44,251 nt of DNA from Candidatus Dormiibacterota bacterium (GTDB lineage Bacteria > Patescibacteriota > Saccharimonadia > Saccharimonadales > UBA4665): contig DATKRL010000021.1 in assembly GCA_035532255.1 (NCBI GenBank), forward strand, positions 1-44,251, in the 5' to 3' direction. Positions 1 to 9,459 of the stretch are shown here, piece by piece. How positions within the stretch are numbered: the stretch's first letter is position 1; each line of letters starts with the position of its first letter. The notes under the pieces were generated by a model. The model worked only from the letters and a program-made list of their open reading frames with translations. It did not search any database and had not been told where the DNA came from. Both the position numbers and the translations under genes were made by a program.

Positions 1-417
1 TCATCCGAGCAATTCGAAGCCCGCGTAGCCCTGACCAAGATTAACGACACTCCGTCGATCTTCTTTGAGGGAATGGCCGGTTCGGTGCTGCCGGTCCCGA
101 CCGCCCACGGCGAAGGCCGGGCCGAATTCGCCGATGACCAACAGATGCAAAAAGCCCTGGCCGGAAACCTCGTCGCCATGCAATACGTCGACAACTATGG
201 CCAGGTGACTGAACAATATCCGGCCAACCCCAACGCGTCGCCACAAGGAATCACGGCCCTAACCACGCCTGACGGCCGGGCCACCATCATTATGCCGCAC
301 CCGGAGCGCGTGTTCCTGACCAAACAGCTCTCTTGGCACCCCAAAGACTGGGGCCCGGATTCACCCTGGCTAAGAATCTTCCAAAACGCCCGCGCCTGGA
401 CCGATCAAAACAGCTAG
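1..417 (+). CDS. purL: phosphoribosylformylglycinamidine synthase, C-terminal fragment (large single-chain PurL type; 5' part lies outside the window)
   Basis: Frame 1 is open from base 1 to TAG 415-417. The translation HGEGRAEF...[28 protein letters not shown]...[10 protein letters not shown]...[21 protein letters not shown] is collinear with the glutaminase-domain C-terminus of E. coli-type PurL. Confidence 0.85.
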   Translation, partial: SSEQFEARVALTKINDTPSIFFEGMAGSVLPVPTAHGEGRAEFADDQQMQKALAGNLVAMQYVDNYGQVTEQYPANPNASPQGITALTTPDGRATIIMPHPERVFLTKQLSWHPKDWGPDSPWLRIFQNARAWTDQNS

Positions 418-1022
418 GTTCCCAGGAACTCCAGGCATTGTTGGTGTTTATCGGCGTCGATTTTGCCTTCCGCGCGCATGATGTCAACCAGCTCACGGAC
501 GGTCATAAAGGCATGGAGATTGTAGCCCTTGGCCTCCAGCCTTTGGCGGCCGCCCTTGTTGTAGTCCAGTAACACGACGGCGTCTTTGACGACCAGGCCG
601 TGTTGTTCGATAGCCGGAATGGCTTCCAATAGGGAAGTGGCGCGAGTGACCAGATCCTCGATCATAACTACGGTGTCGCCCCTGTTATATTTGCCCTCGA
701 GGCTTTTCTTGAGGCCGTAGTCTTTTTGCAAGCCTTCTTTGCGCATAAAAATCCAAGGCTTTTCAAGCTCTAAACTGATAGCACCGGCAATGGGCAGGGC
801 GGCATAGGCTACGCCGGCCAGACGATCATATTTGAGTTCCTCAAGTTGCTCAGCGTAAAGTTTGGCGACCTTTTTTAGCGCTTTCGGATAGCTTATAAAC
901 AGCCGAAGATCGATGTACATCGGGCTGATAAGCCCGCTCTTGAGGGTGAACTCGCCGAATTTAAGAGCGCCAATACTATGCAGCTCGAGTGCCATATCTT
1001 TTTTTTGCGCGTCGCTGCTCAT
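414..1022 (-). CDS. pyrE: orotate phosphoribosyltransferase
   Basis: 202-aa ORF with a type I PRTase PRPP loop ([15 protein letters not shown]) and an OPRTase-like N-terminus ([23 protein letters not shown]). Its start overlaps the pyrF stop by 4 nt. Confidence 0.9.
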   Translation of the reverse strand: MSSDAQKKDMALELHSIGALKFGEFTLKSGLISPMYIDLRLFISYPKALKKVAKLYAEQLEELKYDRLAGVAYAALPIAGAISLELEKPWIFMRKEGLQKDYGLKKSLEGKYNRGDTVVMIEDLVTRATSLLEAIPAIEQHGLVVKDAVVLLDYNKGGRQRLEAKGYNLHAFMTVRELVDIMRAEGKIDADKHQQCLEFLGT

Positions 1023-1876
1023 GCTTGAACTTCCTTTCGGTAACTGTTGATTTCGTCTCTTGTAGCGATGGCAGCCTGACGGGCGGCGTCTGCAAAATCT
1101 TCGCCAGACGAGGCATAGATAATGGCCCGCGAGGAGTTAATGATTAGACCTTTTCCGTCGCTGGTAACACCGGACCGGACCGTTGCTTCGGCATCACCGC
1201 CCTGAGCGCCCAAGCCAGGCACTAGGAATATCATCTTATCACCCACCAGAGAGCGGATTTCAGCCAGCTCCTTAGGGTAGGTGGCGCCCACCACCAGCAG
1301 ACAATTGCCGTTGGCATTCCATTCGTCCCGGACATGCTCGGCAACATGCACGTACAGCTTGCGGCCGTCAACCAACATGTCTTGGAACTCGTCCGAGCCC
1401 ACGTTCGACATCCGGCACAGCACAATAATGCCTTTGTCCTTGCGGTCCAGGAATGGCTGGAAGGCTTGACGCCCCTCGTAGGGCTGGACCGTCACGGCGT
1501 CAACGCCTAAGTAATCGAATGCGAACGTCGTGTAATGGCTGTTGGTGCTATCGATGTCGCCCCGCTTAAAATCCAAGATAATTGGTATGTCGGGGTAATT
1601 TTGGCGGATATACTCGCAGGTTCGTTTGAGTTCTTCGATACCGGCCGCGCCGCGGGCTTCATAGAAGGCCGAGTTGGGCTTGAAGGCACAGACCAGGTCG
1701 GCAGTGGCATCAATAATGGCTTTGCCGAAGTCGAAAAACGGCGTCTCACTCTCGAGAAGATGCTTGGGCAGCTTATCAATGTTGGGGTCCAGACCGACGC
1801 ACAGCAAAGAGTCATTCTTCGTCCAGGCGGCTGATAGTTGGCTAATGAAATCCATATACAGAAGTGGGGTTTTCAT
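1019..1876 (-). CDS. pyrF: orotidine 5'-phosphate decarboxylase (long, type 2 form)
   Basis: 285-aa ORF with motifs LCVGLDPN and [13 protein letters not shown], and length typical of type 2 OMP decarboxylase. An alternative start is Met8 at 1855. Confidence 0.85.
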   Translation of the reverse strand: MKTPLLYMDFISQLSAAWTKNDSLLCVGLDPNIDKLPKHLLESETPFFDFGKAIIDATADLVCAFKPNSAFYEARGAAGIEELKRTCEYIRQNYPDIPIILDFKRGDIDSTNSHYTTFAFDYLGVDAVTVQPYEGRQAFQPFLDRKDKGIIVLCRMSNVGSDEFQDMLVDGRKLYVHVAEHVRDEWNANGNCLLVVGATYPKELAEIRSLVGDKMIFLVPGLGAQGGDAEATVRSGVTSDGKGLIINSSRAIIYASSGEDFADAARQAAIATRDEINSYRKEVQA

Positions 1877-1880
1877 TTAT

Positions 1881-1886
1881 TATACA
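1881..1886 (+). promoter_or_regulatory. -10-like hexamer TATACA, 6 nt upstream of the pyrD ATG (leaderless candidate)
   Basis: TATACA-tgtaat-ATG(1893). There is no SD. The divergent pyrF start codon is only 16 nt away. Confidence 0.3.
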
Positions 1887-1892
1887 TGTAAT

Positions 1893-2975
1893 ATGCCGAA
1901 CCAGCCCGCAACGTTCTACGATCCCGCCAAGACATTCGATGATAACTTTGACAACGGGCCATTCTTGGATGACTCTCCGGCCTATGAAAATCCCGGCGAA
2001 CCAGCCTATAGCTTCTTGGACCACAAACTGTATTCGCCCTACGGTATCGCTGCCGGCTCGCTGCCAACTTCCAAGCATGTCCGCGGTGCCTTCCAGCGCG
2101 GCTTTAACGTCGTTTGCTACAAGACCCAGCGCAGCGTGCCATTCAAGGTTAACGAATTCCCGAACGTCGTTTATCTGGACGTGCAAGGAGATCTGACGCT
2201 CGAAAAGGCCGCCAAGCCGCTAGTCGGCCAGAAAACCTCAGACGCCCCACTGGAGCAGCTGACCATCACCAACTCCTTTGGCAACCCCTCGCGCGGCCCG
2301 GATTTTTGGGTTGAAGATATGAAGCAGGCCGTAGCGGCCCAAGGCAAAGGCCAGCTGCTGATCGCCAGTGTCGTCGGCACTATCCAGGATGGTTTTAGCA
2401 AAGAGGATTATTATCAAGACTTCGCCAATGCGGCCGGTTTGGCTGTCAGCGCCGGCGCCCCGGCCGTCGAGATCAACCTGTCATGCCCGAACGTCGCCAA
2501 CGAAGGTGTTGTCTGCTATACCTACGACGCCGTACTCAGCATCGCCAAAAAGACCAAAGCCAAGGTCGGTGACATACCGATTATCGCCAAGGTAGGTTAC
2601 TTTGCTCCCGACCAGCAAGAGCTCTTGGAAAAAATCGTACTCGATACCTCTGATTACATATCAGCATTTTCGGCCATTAATACGATCCAGGCCGCTGTCG
2701 TCGACGAAAACGGCGAACAGTTATTGCCAGGTGAAGGCCGACTGAAAAGCGGTGTCTGCGGCGCCGCCGTCAAATGGGCCGGGCTTGACATGGTCAAGCG
2801 CCTGGACGCCTTGCGCAAAAAGCACAACCTTAGCTTTGAGATCATCGGCGTCGGCGGCGTCATGACCCCCGCCGACTTCCAGGACTACCGTGCCGCCGGC
2901 GCCGACGTCGTCCAATCCGTTACCGCCGCTATGTGGAACGACCAACTGGCCGCCGAAATCAAAGCTTCATTGTAG
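1893..2975 (+). CDS. pyrD: dihydroorotate dehydrogenase (family 1-like, Cys active-site base)
   Basis: Motifs NSFGNPSRG, VEINLSCPNV and IIGVGGV. I chose ATG 1893 because the track ORF start at 1674 would run antisense through pyrF. Confidence 0.8.
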   Translation: MPNQPATFYDPAKTFDDNFDNGPFLDDSPAYENPGEPAYSFLDHKLYSPYGIAAGSLPTSKHVRGAFQRGFNVVCYKTQRSVPFKVNEFPNVVYLDVQGDLTLEKAAKPLVGQKTSDAPLEQLTITNSFGNPSRGPDFWVEDMKQAVAAQGKGQLLIASVVGTIQDGFSKEDYYQDFANAAGLAVSAGAPAVEINLSCPNVANEGVVCYTYDAVLSIAKKTKAKVGDIPIIAKVGYFAPDQQELLEKIVLDTSDYISAFSAINTIQAAVVDENGEQLLPGEGRLKSGVCGAAVKWAGLDMVKRLDALRKKHNLSFEIIGVGGVMTPADFQDYRAAGADVVQSVTAAMWNDQLAAEIKASL

Positions 2976-4019
2976 AATTCTGCCGCTGCCGGGCTTGGCC
3001 AGGACTTGGCCGTTGGCGTAGACGGCCGCGCCGCGCAAAACTACTTTTGACACCTTGCCGACAACGCGCCGGCCGGCGAACGGCGTCCAACCGGCCTTGG
3101 TCAATAAGTCTTCGTTTTTGATCTCATATTCGTTCATGTCAACTTCCACGTGAGTTGAGTCATCGACAGCTATACCGAATATGCGCGCCGGGTTAGTGTG
3201 CAAGCGATCGATAAGTTGCTCCCGGGTCAACCGGCCTTCGGCTTCGGCCGTCAGCATCAATGGCAGGGTAGTTTCCAGCCCGGGCACGCCGAAAGGCGGC
3301 GTGTCACTCTGTTTTTCGGCCAGTGTGTGCGGGGCGTGGTCAGATTCTATAACGTCGACGTAATCCAGGTGCTGCCAGAGAAAATCAACGTCTTTTTGGG
3401 GCTTCAAGAACGGTTTCATGTGTCCGAAGGCGCCAAGCCGTTCGGCGTCTTTGTCGGTCAAAAAGAGATGGTGAGGCGTCACGCCGCAGGTGATTGGCAG
3501 GCCGGCGTCTTTGGCGCACATCACGAATTCCAACTCGGCGCGGTTCGAGACATGGCACATGTGGGTCGGCTTGGGTACGGCCTTGAGCGTGCTTTCCACC
3601 AGATCGGAGACATCATCCTCGGCGTGCAGGAGTATGGGTTTGCCGCCGGGCCAGGCCTTGTAGATTTCCAGCAGTTTGGGTTTGTCAATGATGAAGCCGC
3701 CCGTCGTGACGTTAAGATAAATCTTCAATCCCTTAACCTTGTCGATGACTTTAGGGAACTCCTCGAAATTATCGCCTAGGCTGCCAAAGTGAAAACCGAT
3801 ATCGTTAACCACTTGGGAGCGGGCACTGGCAATCTTGGCCTCCAGCCGTTCCAAAGTAGTAATCGGCTCCAGGTTGTTCGGCATGTCTAGAACGGTCGTG
3901 TAGCCGCCGGCCAAAGCCGCTGATGTGCCGCTCAAAAAATCTTCCTTGTGAGTCTGTCCGGGATCCCGCAAATGAACGTGCGGATCAATCAGGCCGGGCA
4001 GTTCAATAATCTTATTCAT
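2967..4019 (-). CDS. pyrC: dihydroorotase
   Basis: 350-aa ORF with amidohydrolase metal ligands DPHVHLRDPG, HAEDD and ESDHAPH. It overlaps the pyrD 3' end convergently by 9 nt. Confidence 0.85.
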   Translation of the reverse strand: MNKIIELPGLIDPHVHLRDPGQTHKEDFLSGTSAALAGGYTTVLDMPNNLEPITTLERLEAKIASARSQVVNDIGFHFGSLGDNFEEFPKVIDKVKGLKIYLNVTTGGFIIDKPKLLEIYKAWPGGKPILLHAEDDVSDLVESTLKAVPKPTHMCHVSNRAELEFVMCAKDAGLPITCGVTPHHLFLTDKDAERLGAFGHMKPFLKPQKDVDFLWQHLDYVDVIESDHAPHTLAEKQSDTPPFGVPGLETTLPLMLTAEAEGRLTREQLIDRLHTNPARIFGIAVDDSTHVEVDMNEYEIKNEDLLTKAGWTPFAGRRVVGKVSKVVLRGAAVYANGQVLAKPGSGRILQ

Positions 4020-4026
4020 TGATATG

Positions 4027-4032
4027 ATTATA
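4027..4032 (-). promoter_or_regulatory. -10 hexamer TATAAT, 7 nt upstream of the pyrC ATG (leaderless candidate)
   Basis: The minus strand reads TATAAT-catatca-ATG(4019). There is no SD between them. Confidence 0.4.
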
Positions 4033-4082
4033 CAGCCTTGCGGTGGACGATAGCGCGGAACTGCGCTAGACTAGTGGGAATT

Positions 4083-5009
4083 ATGAAGCATGTCTTGTCC
4101 GTCCAACAGTTTACCGACAAAAAACTGTTAACCGAGATTTTCGACACCGCCGCCATGTTTCAGAATCTCAACCCCGACCAATATCCCAAACCCCTTCGCC
4201 ACAAAACAGTGGCGACTATTTTTTATGAACCCAGTACGCGCACTCGTCTGTCATTCGAAACCGCTATCCAAAACCTCGGCGGCCAATTGATTACCACCGA
4301 GAACGCTGGCGAGTTTTCGTCGGCCATAAAAGGTGAAAGCCTGGAAGACACTACCCAGGTGATCAATGCTTTCGCCGACGGCATGGTGCTGCGCCATCAC
4401 GAAGTCGGGGCCGCCAAGCGCGCGGCGGCAGTTTCAGGTATTCCGGTTATCAATGCCGGTGACGGTACCGGCGAGCATCCTACGCAAGCCTTGCTCGACG
4501 TTTATTCCATCCAGAAAGCCAAAGGCAAGATCGACGGGCTGAAAGTCGCCTTGGTTGGCGACCTGCTGTATGGCCGCACCGTCCACTCCCTGATACCGCT
4601 ACTGGCCATGTATGACGTGGAGTTCTACTTTATAGCCCCGGACGACCTACAGATGCCCAAAGAGTATCTGGATCAGCTTGACGCCCAGTCCGTACCATAC
4701 AAGCTTCTGGATAGCTGGAAGGATGTGATCGGCTCTACTGATGTCTTATATATGACCAGGATCCAAAAAGAGCGCTTCAAATCAGAGGCAGAATACAAGG
4801 CGCTCAAAGACAGTTTTATTCTGACGCCGAAAGACGTTAGCCAAATGAAGAAAGACTCGATCATCCTGCACCCTCTGCCGCGCGTCAATGAAATCGACCC
4901 GGCAGTCGACGGCGACCCGAGAGCCCGGTATTTCGAGCAAGTAAAAAACGGCCTTTTCCTGCGGATGTCTTTGCTAAATAAACTTTACGGCGGTACACTT
5001 AAGCCATGA
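4083..5009 (+). CDS. pyrB: aspartate carbamoyltransferase catalytic subunit
   Basis: Motifs STRTRLSFE, HPTQALLD and HPLPRVNEI. ATG 4083 (MKHVLSVQQF) is preferred over the track start at 4038. Confidence 0.9.
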   Translation: MKHVLSVQQFTDKKLLTEIFDTAAMFQNLNPDQYPKPLRHKTVATIFYEPSTRTRLSFETAIQNLGGQLITTENAGEFSSAIKGESLEDTTQVINAFADGMVLRHHEVGAAKRAAAVSGIPVINAGDGTGEHPTQALLDVYSIQKAKGKIDGLKVALVGDLLYGRTVHSLIPLLAMYDVEFYFIAPDDLQMPKEYLDQLDAQSVPYKLLDSWKDVIGSTDVLYMTRIQKERFKSEAEYKALKDSFILTPKDVSQMKKDSIILHPLPRVNEIDPAVDGDPRARYFEQVKNGLFLRMSLLNKLYGGTLKP

Positions 5010-5980
5010 ACCGTGTCGGGAACAGCCATGTTATGCAGGTGGTCAGCGGCCGCTCCCACCCGCGGCTGGCAGCTGAAATCGCCGACTGTCTGGGTATTAA
5101 TCTCAGCAAGGTATTGATTGAGGATTTCGCCAACGGCGAAACCCGCGTCCGTTTTCAGGAGTCGCTAAGAGGCAACGACGTTTTTATAATTCAGACCCAT
5201 AGCGGCCGCTTGCATGACCAGTTAGTCGAGCAGCTGCTTATGATCGACGCCGCTAAAAGGGCTTCGGCGCGCAGCATCACGGCCATCTGCCCGCTGCTCA
5301 GTTACGCCCGCCAGGATCGCAAGTCGGCTGGCCGCGAACCGATTGGCGCCCGTTTGATCGTCGACATGTTGACTGTAGCCGGCGCCGACCGGATCATGAG
5401 CGTGGACCTGCATTCCGGTCAAACCCAAGGTTTTTTTGACGGGCCGTTCGACCACCTGATCGCTATGCCGCTTTTCAAGAAATACATCAAAGAACACTTT
5501 GGCAAAGACGTGGTGTTCGTAGCGCCGGACGCCGGCCGGGTGAAGCTGACCGAGCGCTACAGTTCGTCGATGGGCGCCGACATGGCGATCATTCACAAAA
5601 CCCGCTCCGTCGTTAAGCGCAATGAGGTCGAAGCCAAGCATCTGATCGGCAGCGTCCAGGACCGCAACTGCATTATTATCGATGACATGATTGATACGGC
5701 TGGCACGTTTTGCGCGGCCGCCGACATGCTCAAAGAAAGGGGTGCCAAGACAGTCTACGGCCTGGCTTCGCACGGCATCTTCTCCGGCCAGGCGTTGGAG
5801 AAGATTGAGGCCTCGGCCTTTGAGAAAGTAGTTGTCACCAACACCGTTCCGGTTGACACCGGTGACGTTACTGCCAAGGTAGAGGTTTTGTCAGTGGCTC
5901 AGTTGCTGGCCGACGCCATCATGGCCGTGGCTAGCGGTAGTTCCTTGTCGGCCATTTTCGAAGGCGAGAACCAGATTTAG
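5006..5980 (+). CDS. prs: ribose-phosphate pyrophosphokinase
   Basis: Motifs DLHSGQTQGFF and IIIDDMIDTAGT. ATG 5006 overlaps the pyrB stop (ATGA). Met at 5033 (MQVVSGRSHP) is an alternative start. Confidence 0.9.
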   Translation: MNRVGNSHVMQVVSGRSHPRLAAEIADCLGINLSKVLIEDFANGETRVRFQESLRGNDVFIIQTHSGRLHDQLVEQLLMIDAAKRASARSITAICPLLSYARQDRKSAGREPIGARLIVDMLTVAGADRIMSVDLHSGQTQGFFDGPFDHLIAMPLFKKYIKEHFGKDVVFVAPDAGRVKLTERYSSSMGADMAIIHKTRSVVKRNEVEAKHLIGSVQDRNCIIIDDMIDTAGTFCAAADMLKERGAKTVYGLASHGIFSGQALEKIEASAFEKVVVTNTVPVDTGDVTAKVEVLSVAQLLADAIMAVASGSSLSAIFEGENQI

Positions 5981-6027
5981 GCAACCAGGTTGCTTATTTG
6001 GCCTTAGGCTAGTATGCTCTATCAGGT

Positions 6028-7323
6028 ATGTCTTTAGATGTTATTGTTGGTTTACAGAGAGGCGACGAAGGCAAAGGGCGCTTCGTTGATCTGTTAGCAG
6101 GTAATTATGACATCATCGCCCGAGCAAATGGCGGCGCTAATGCCGGCCACACTGTTTTGCCTAAAACCGGCCAAGCCCCCTTGGCCCTGCACCAGGTACC
6201 TGCCGGCATAGCCTATCCTGACAAACTGAACATCATCGGCAACGGCGTTTATCTGGATCCGCCAAGGCTTATACACGAAATAGAAACTATCCGCGATGGC
6301 GGCCTGGCCGTATCGCCCAAAAATCTGATGATCAGTAACGCGACACATCTAGTGCTGCCTCATCACATCCTCCTCGACGAACTACGCGAAGCGGGTAGCC
6401 ACGCCCAGGGCAGTACCAAAGTCGGTATCGCTTACGTGGCGGCCGACAAATATTTGCGCGAGGGCATCCGGCTGGAAACAATCGCCGAGCCCAAAGTATT
6501 GGCGGAACATATTCGCGACGGCCTGGAGCGCGTTAATAAACTGCTGCCGGTAGGAAAGAAATTATCTAAGGACGATATCGAGACCTCCACCCAAGACTGG
6601 CTCAAAGCTGCCAAAGAACTCCAGCCCTATATGGAAGACACTACCGAAGTAGTCAATGACCGTCTTGGCCGCGGCGAACGCGTGCTGGTGGAAGGCGCCC
6701 AGGCTTTCTGGCTAGACGTTAACCATGGCATGTACCCGGCGGTTACTTCTTCGTCAACGACTGTCAGCGGCCTGCTGGACGGCTTAGGCGTCTCAGCCAA
6801 GCAACTGGGCAAGGTCATTGGCGTTACTAAATCCGTCAAGTCTCACGTCGGTCATGGCCCGTTAGTCACCGAAATAACTGATGAGAAACAGGCCACCGCC
6901 GTCCGCGGCCCCTTGGGTAAGACCGACAGCGAATACGGCGTCACTACCAAACGCCCACGCCGCATCGGCTATCCCGACTTGGTTGAGTTGCGCAACGCTA
7001 TCCGCGTTAACGGAGTCAACGAATTAGCCATTTCCAAACTGGACCACGTACCGCGCTACGGCACGACCGTACCGGTGGCAACCAGTTACACCTTCCAAGG
7101 CGCCCGCCGCCTAACGGCCCCCTCTTCAGCCCTGGCCCTGGCCGCTTGCGAGCCTAATTACCGTAATCTCAAAACCTGGAAACGGGACATTAGCGGTATC
7201 CGCGACTACGACGAGCTGCCGGCCGAAGCCAAGGCTTTCGTGGACCTGTTCGAAACCGAACTCGGCGTGGCGGTCACCCGGGTCGGTGTCGGGCCGCTCC
7301 GTCAGCAAGTTATTCTCCGATAG
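6028..7323 (+). CDS. purA: adenylosuccinate synthetase
   Basis: 431-aa ORF with motifs GDEGKGRFVD, GGANAGHTV and TTKRPRRIGY. Confidence 0.9.
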   Translation: MSLDVIVGLQRGDEGKGRFVDLLAGNYDIIARANGGANAGHTVLPKTGQAPLALHQVPAGIAYPDKLNIIGNGVYLDPPRLIHEIETIRDGGLAVSPKNLMISNATHLVLPHHILLDELREAGSHAQGSTKVGIAYVAADKYLREGIRLETIAEPKVLAEHIRDGLERVNKLLPVGKKLSKDDIETSTQDWLKAAKELQPYMEDTTEVVNDRLGRGERVLVEGAQAFWLDVNHGMYPAVTSSSTTVSGLLDGLGVSAKQLGKVIGVTKSVKSHVGHGPLVTEITDEKQATAVRGPLGKTDSEYGVTTKRPRRIGYPDLVELRNAIRVNGVNELAISKLDHVPRYGTTVPVATSYTFQGARRLTAPSSALALAACEPNYRNLKTWKRDISGIRDYDELPAEAKAFVDLFETELGVAVTRVGVGPLRQQVILR

Positions 7324-7363
7324 CCAGCGTGTCTCAGATGATATATTTGGTATAGTATTAGGT

Positions 7364-8038
7364 ATGAAGTTTATCCTGACAGCCGGATGGGATGATGGAG
7401 TTGCCGACTTGACGGAGAGATTAGTGCACGAACTGGCTGACGGGCGGCGCGTTCTGTGGTTGGTGAGTGGCGGTTCGAACGTTTTGGCCAGCGTCCATAT
7501 CATGGACAGTATTCCCCCTAAACTCAGCGAAAACTTAAGTATCATGCTGGTTGACGAACGCTATGGTGAGCCGGGACATGCCGACTCGAACTGGGCGCAG
7601 CTGCTGCAGGCCGGCTTCAAGGGGGATAAGGCCACTTTGCTGCCAGCTCTTGAAGAGGGCCTAAGTTTCAAGCGGACCATTGAGCGCTATAACCAACTGG
7701 CGACGCGGGCTTTGGATGATAACGAAGTTGTCATAGCCCAGCTGGGCATCGGCGACGACGGGCACCTCGCTGGCATTCTGCCAGGCTCGCCGGCGGCTGT
7801 CGAGACGGACGCCCTGGTTGTCGGTTACAAGAGTGATCCATACACTCGTCTGACTTTGACTTTCGCGGCTTTGCGCCATATCACCGCGGCTTACGCCTTC
7901 GCTTTTGGAGACAACAAACGTAAAGCCTTAAAGATATTACAGCGCCAATCACTGCCCCTCGGTGAGCAACCGGCCCAGATTCTCAAACAACTGCCTAAGG
8001 CCTATCTCTACAGCGATCAAGTAGGAAGCAGTCGCTAA
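7364..8038 (+). CDS. pgl: 6-phosphogluconolactonase
   Basis: Motifs LVSGGSN, DERYGEPGHADSN and LGIGDDGHLAGILPGSP. ATG 7364 was chosen. The stop overlaps the zwf ATG (TAATG). Confidence 0.75.
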   Translation: MKFILTAGWDDGVADLTERLVHELADGRRVLWLVSGGSNVLASVHIMDSIPPKLSENLSIMLVDERYGEPGHADSNWAQLLQAGFKGDKATLLPALEEGLSFKRTIERYNQLATRALDDNEVVIAQLGIGDDGHLAGILPGSPAAVETDALVVGYKSDPYTRLTLTFAALRHITAAYAFAFGDNKRKALKILQRQSLPLGEQPAQILKQLPKAYLYSDQVGSSR

Positions 8039-9459
8039 TGAAGCCGCCGGCTGCCGTTAGGAAACCCCGCCTGGAGCCGGCCATCATCGTTATTTTCGGC
8101 ATCACCGGTGACCTGTCCCAACGCTACCTGTTGCCATCACTGTATCACTTGATGAAAGACGGCCTACTGCATGAGCAGACAGAAATTATCGGCGTCACGC
8201 GCAGTAATATGACAGCCGGGGAGCTGTTCGAGAAAGTTGAACTCTGCGTTAACGAAGTCGACAAGATCTGTGATCCGACCGCCCTTAAAGCCATGCACGA
8301 CCACACCAGTATGTTCCGGATGGATTTGGACGACCCGGCCAACTACGACGCATTACTCAATGAACTCAATGCTATCGAGGAGCAAAAAGGCTTGTGCATG
8401 AACCGTCTTTATTATTTATCGATTCCGCCACAGGCTTACACGCCGGTTGTCCATCTGCTAGGCGAAAGGGGCCTCAACGCCAGTTGCCAGCACGGCTCAG
8501 CCAAGACCAGGTTGCTGGTCGAAAAGCCCTTTGGTTTCGACCTGGAATCAGCCAAGAAACTGATTGATGAAACCGGCAAGGCTTTCGACGAGGAGCAGAT
8601 TTTCCGCATAGACCACTATATGGCTAAGGAGACCGTCCAGAATATTCTGGCTTTTCGTTTCCAGAACCCCATTTTCGAGGCACTGTGGAGCCGGGAACAC
8701 ATAGCCAGCATCGAGATTAATGCCCAAGAAAAGATCGGTATCGAAGGGCGGGCGGCGTTCTATGAGCCGTTGGGCGCCTTGCGCGATTTTATTCAGAGCC
8801 ATCTGCTGCAAATTCTGGGCATCGTCGCCATGGACCGGCCGACCATGCTGGACAGCGACCACATCCATGCCAGCAAACAGGCGCTGCTGGAGCGGGTTAA
8901 ACCAGTACCGGCCGATGAGGTCGCCAAACGGGCTATCCGTGGCCAGTACAATGGATACCGGGAAGAAGTCAAAAACCCAGGTTCGGTTACCGAAACCTAC
9001 GCCGCTATCACCGTCTTTATTGATAACCCCCGCTGGCACGACGTTCCGGTCACGCTCCGGACCGGCAAAGGCTTGGACGAGCGCAAAACCGAGATTTGCG
9101 TCACCTTCCACTCCACGCCAGAGGCTGCCAGCAACCAACTGAGGTTCCGGATTCAGCCCAACGAGGGCATAGAGCTGGACCTCGTCACCAAGAAACCGGG
9201 TTACAGCCGGGAGCTGCAGAAGACCGTCATGGATTTTTCATACCAGCAGAATTTTATCGACCACGGTCATCCTGACGCTTACGAACGAGTGTTGGTTGAT
9301 GCCGTACGCGGCGACCACACGCTGTTCGCCACCAGCGAGGAAGTCTTGGCCAGCTGGCGGATTGTCCAGCCAGTGTTAGACGCCTGGGCCCAGCGCGACG
9401 ACGACTTGGCATTTTATAAACTTGGCAGCCGAGGGCCTGTTTCGAACGATGCTGGTTGA
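8038..9459 (+). CDS. zwf: glucose-6-phosphate 1-dehydrogenase
   Basis: Motifs IFGITGDLSQRYLLPSLYHL, VEKPFG and RIDHYMAKETVQNI. Confidence 0.9.
   Translation: MKPPAAVRKPRLEPAIIVIFGITGDLSQRYLLPSLYHLMKDGLLHEQTEIIGVTRSNMTAGELFEKVELCVNEVDKICDPTALKAMHDHTSMFRMDLDDPANYDALLNELNAIEEQKGLCMNRLYYLSIPPQAYTPVVHLLGERGLNASCQHGSAKTRLLVEKPFGFDLESAKKLIDETGKAFDEEQIFRIDHYMAKETVQNILAFRFQNPIFEALWSREHIASIEINAQEKIGIEGRAAFYEPLGALRDFIQSHLLQILGIVAMDRPTMLDSDHIHASKQALLERVKPVPADEVAKRAIRGQYNGYREEVKNPGSVTETYAAITVFIDNPRWHDVPVTLRTGKGLDERKTEICVTFHSTPEAASNQLRFRIQPNEGIELDLVTKKPGYSRELQKTVMDFSYQQNFIDHGHPDAYERVLVDAVRGDHTLFATSEEVLASWRIVQPVLDAWAQRDDDLAFYKLGSRGPVSNDAG

Noticed and set aside
1674-1892. Upstream 73-codon extension of the pyrD ORF in the track
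   Set aside because: It lies antisense inside pyrF and has no homology to DHODH N-termini. ATG 1893 (MPNQPATFYDP) starts immediately after the pyrF start codon region.
3198-3779. 193-aa ORF antisense to pyrC; likewise 5222-5773 in prs, 8548-9138 in zwf, 15166-15804 and 15877-16583 in the Clp-like gene, 21231-21656, and 33038-33490 in umuC
   Set aside because: These are shadow ORFs typical of GC-rich coding DNA. Each lies wholly inside a gene with clear family motifs on the other strand. Their products are Arg/Gly/Ala-rich with no recognisable motifs.
5982-5999. GCAACCAGGTTGC followed by TTATTT as an intrinsic terminator after prs
   Set aside because: It forms only a 5-bp stem with a 3-nt loop and an interrupted U-tract, which is too weak to call.
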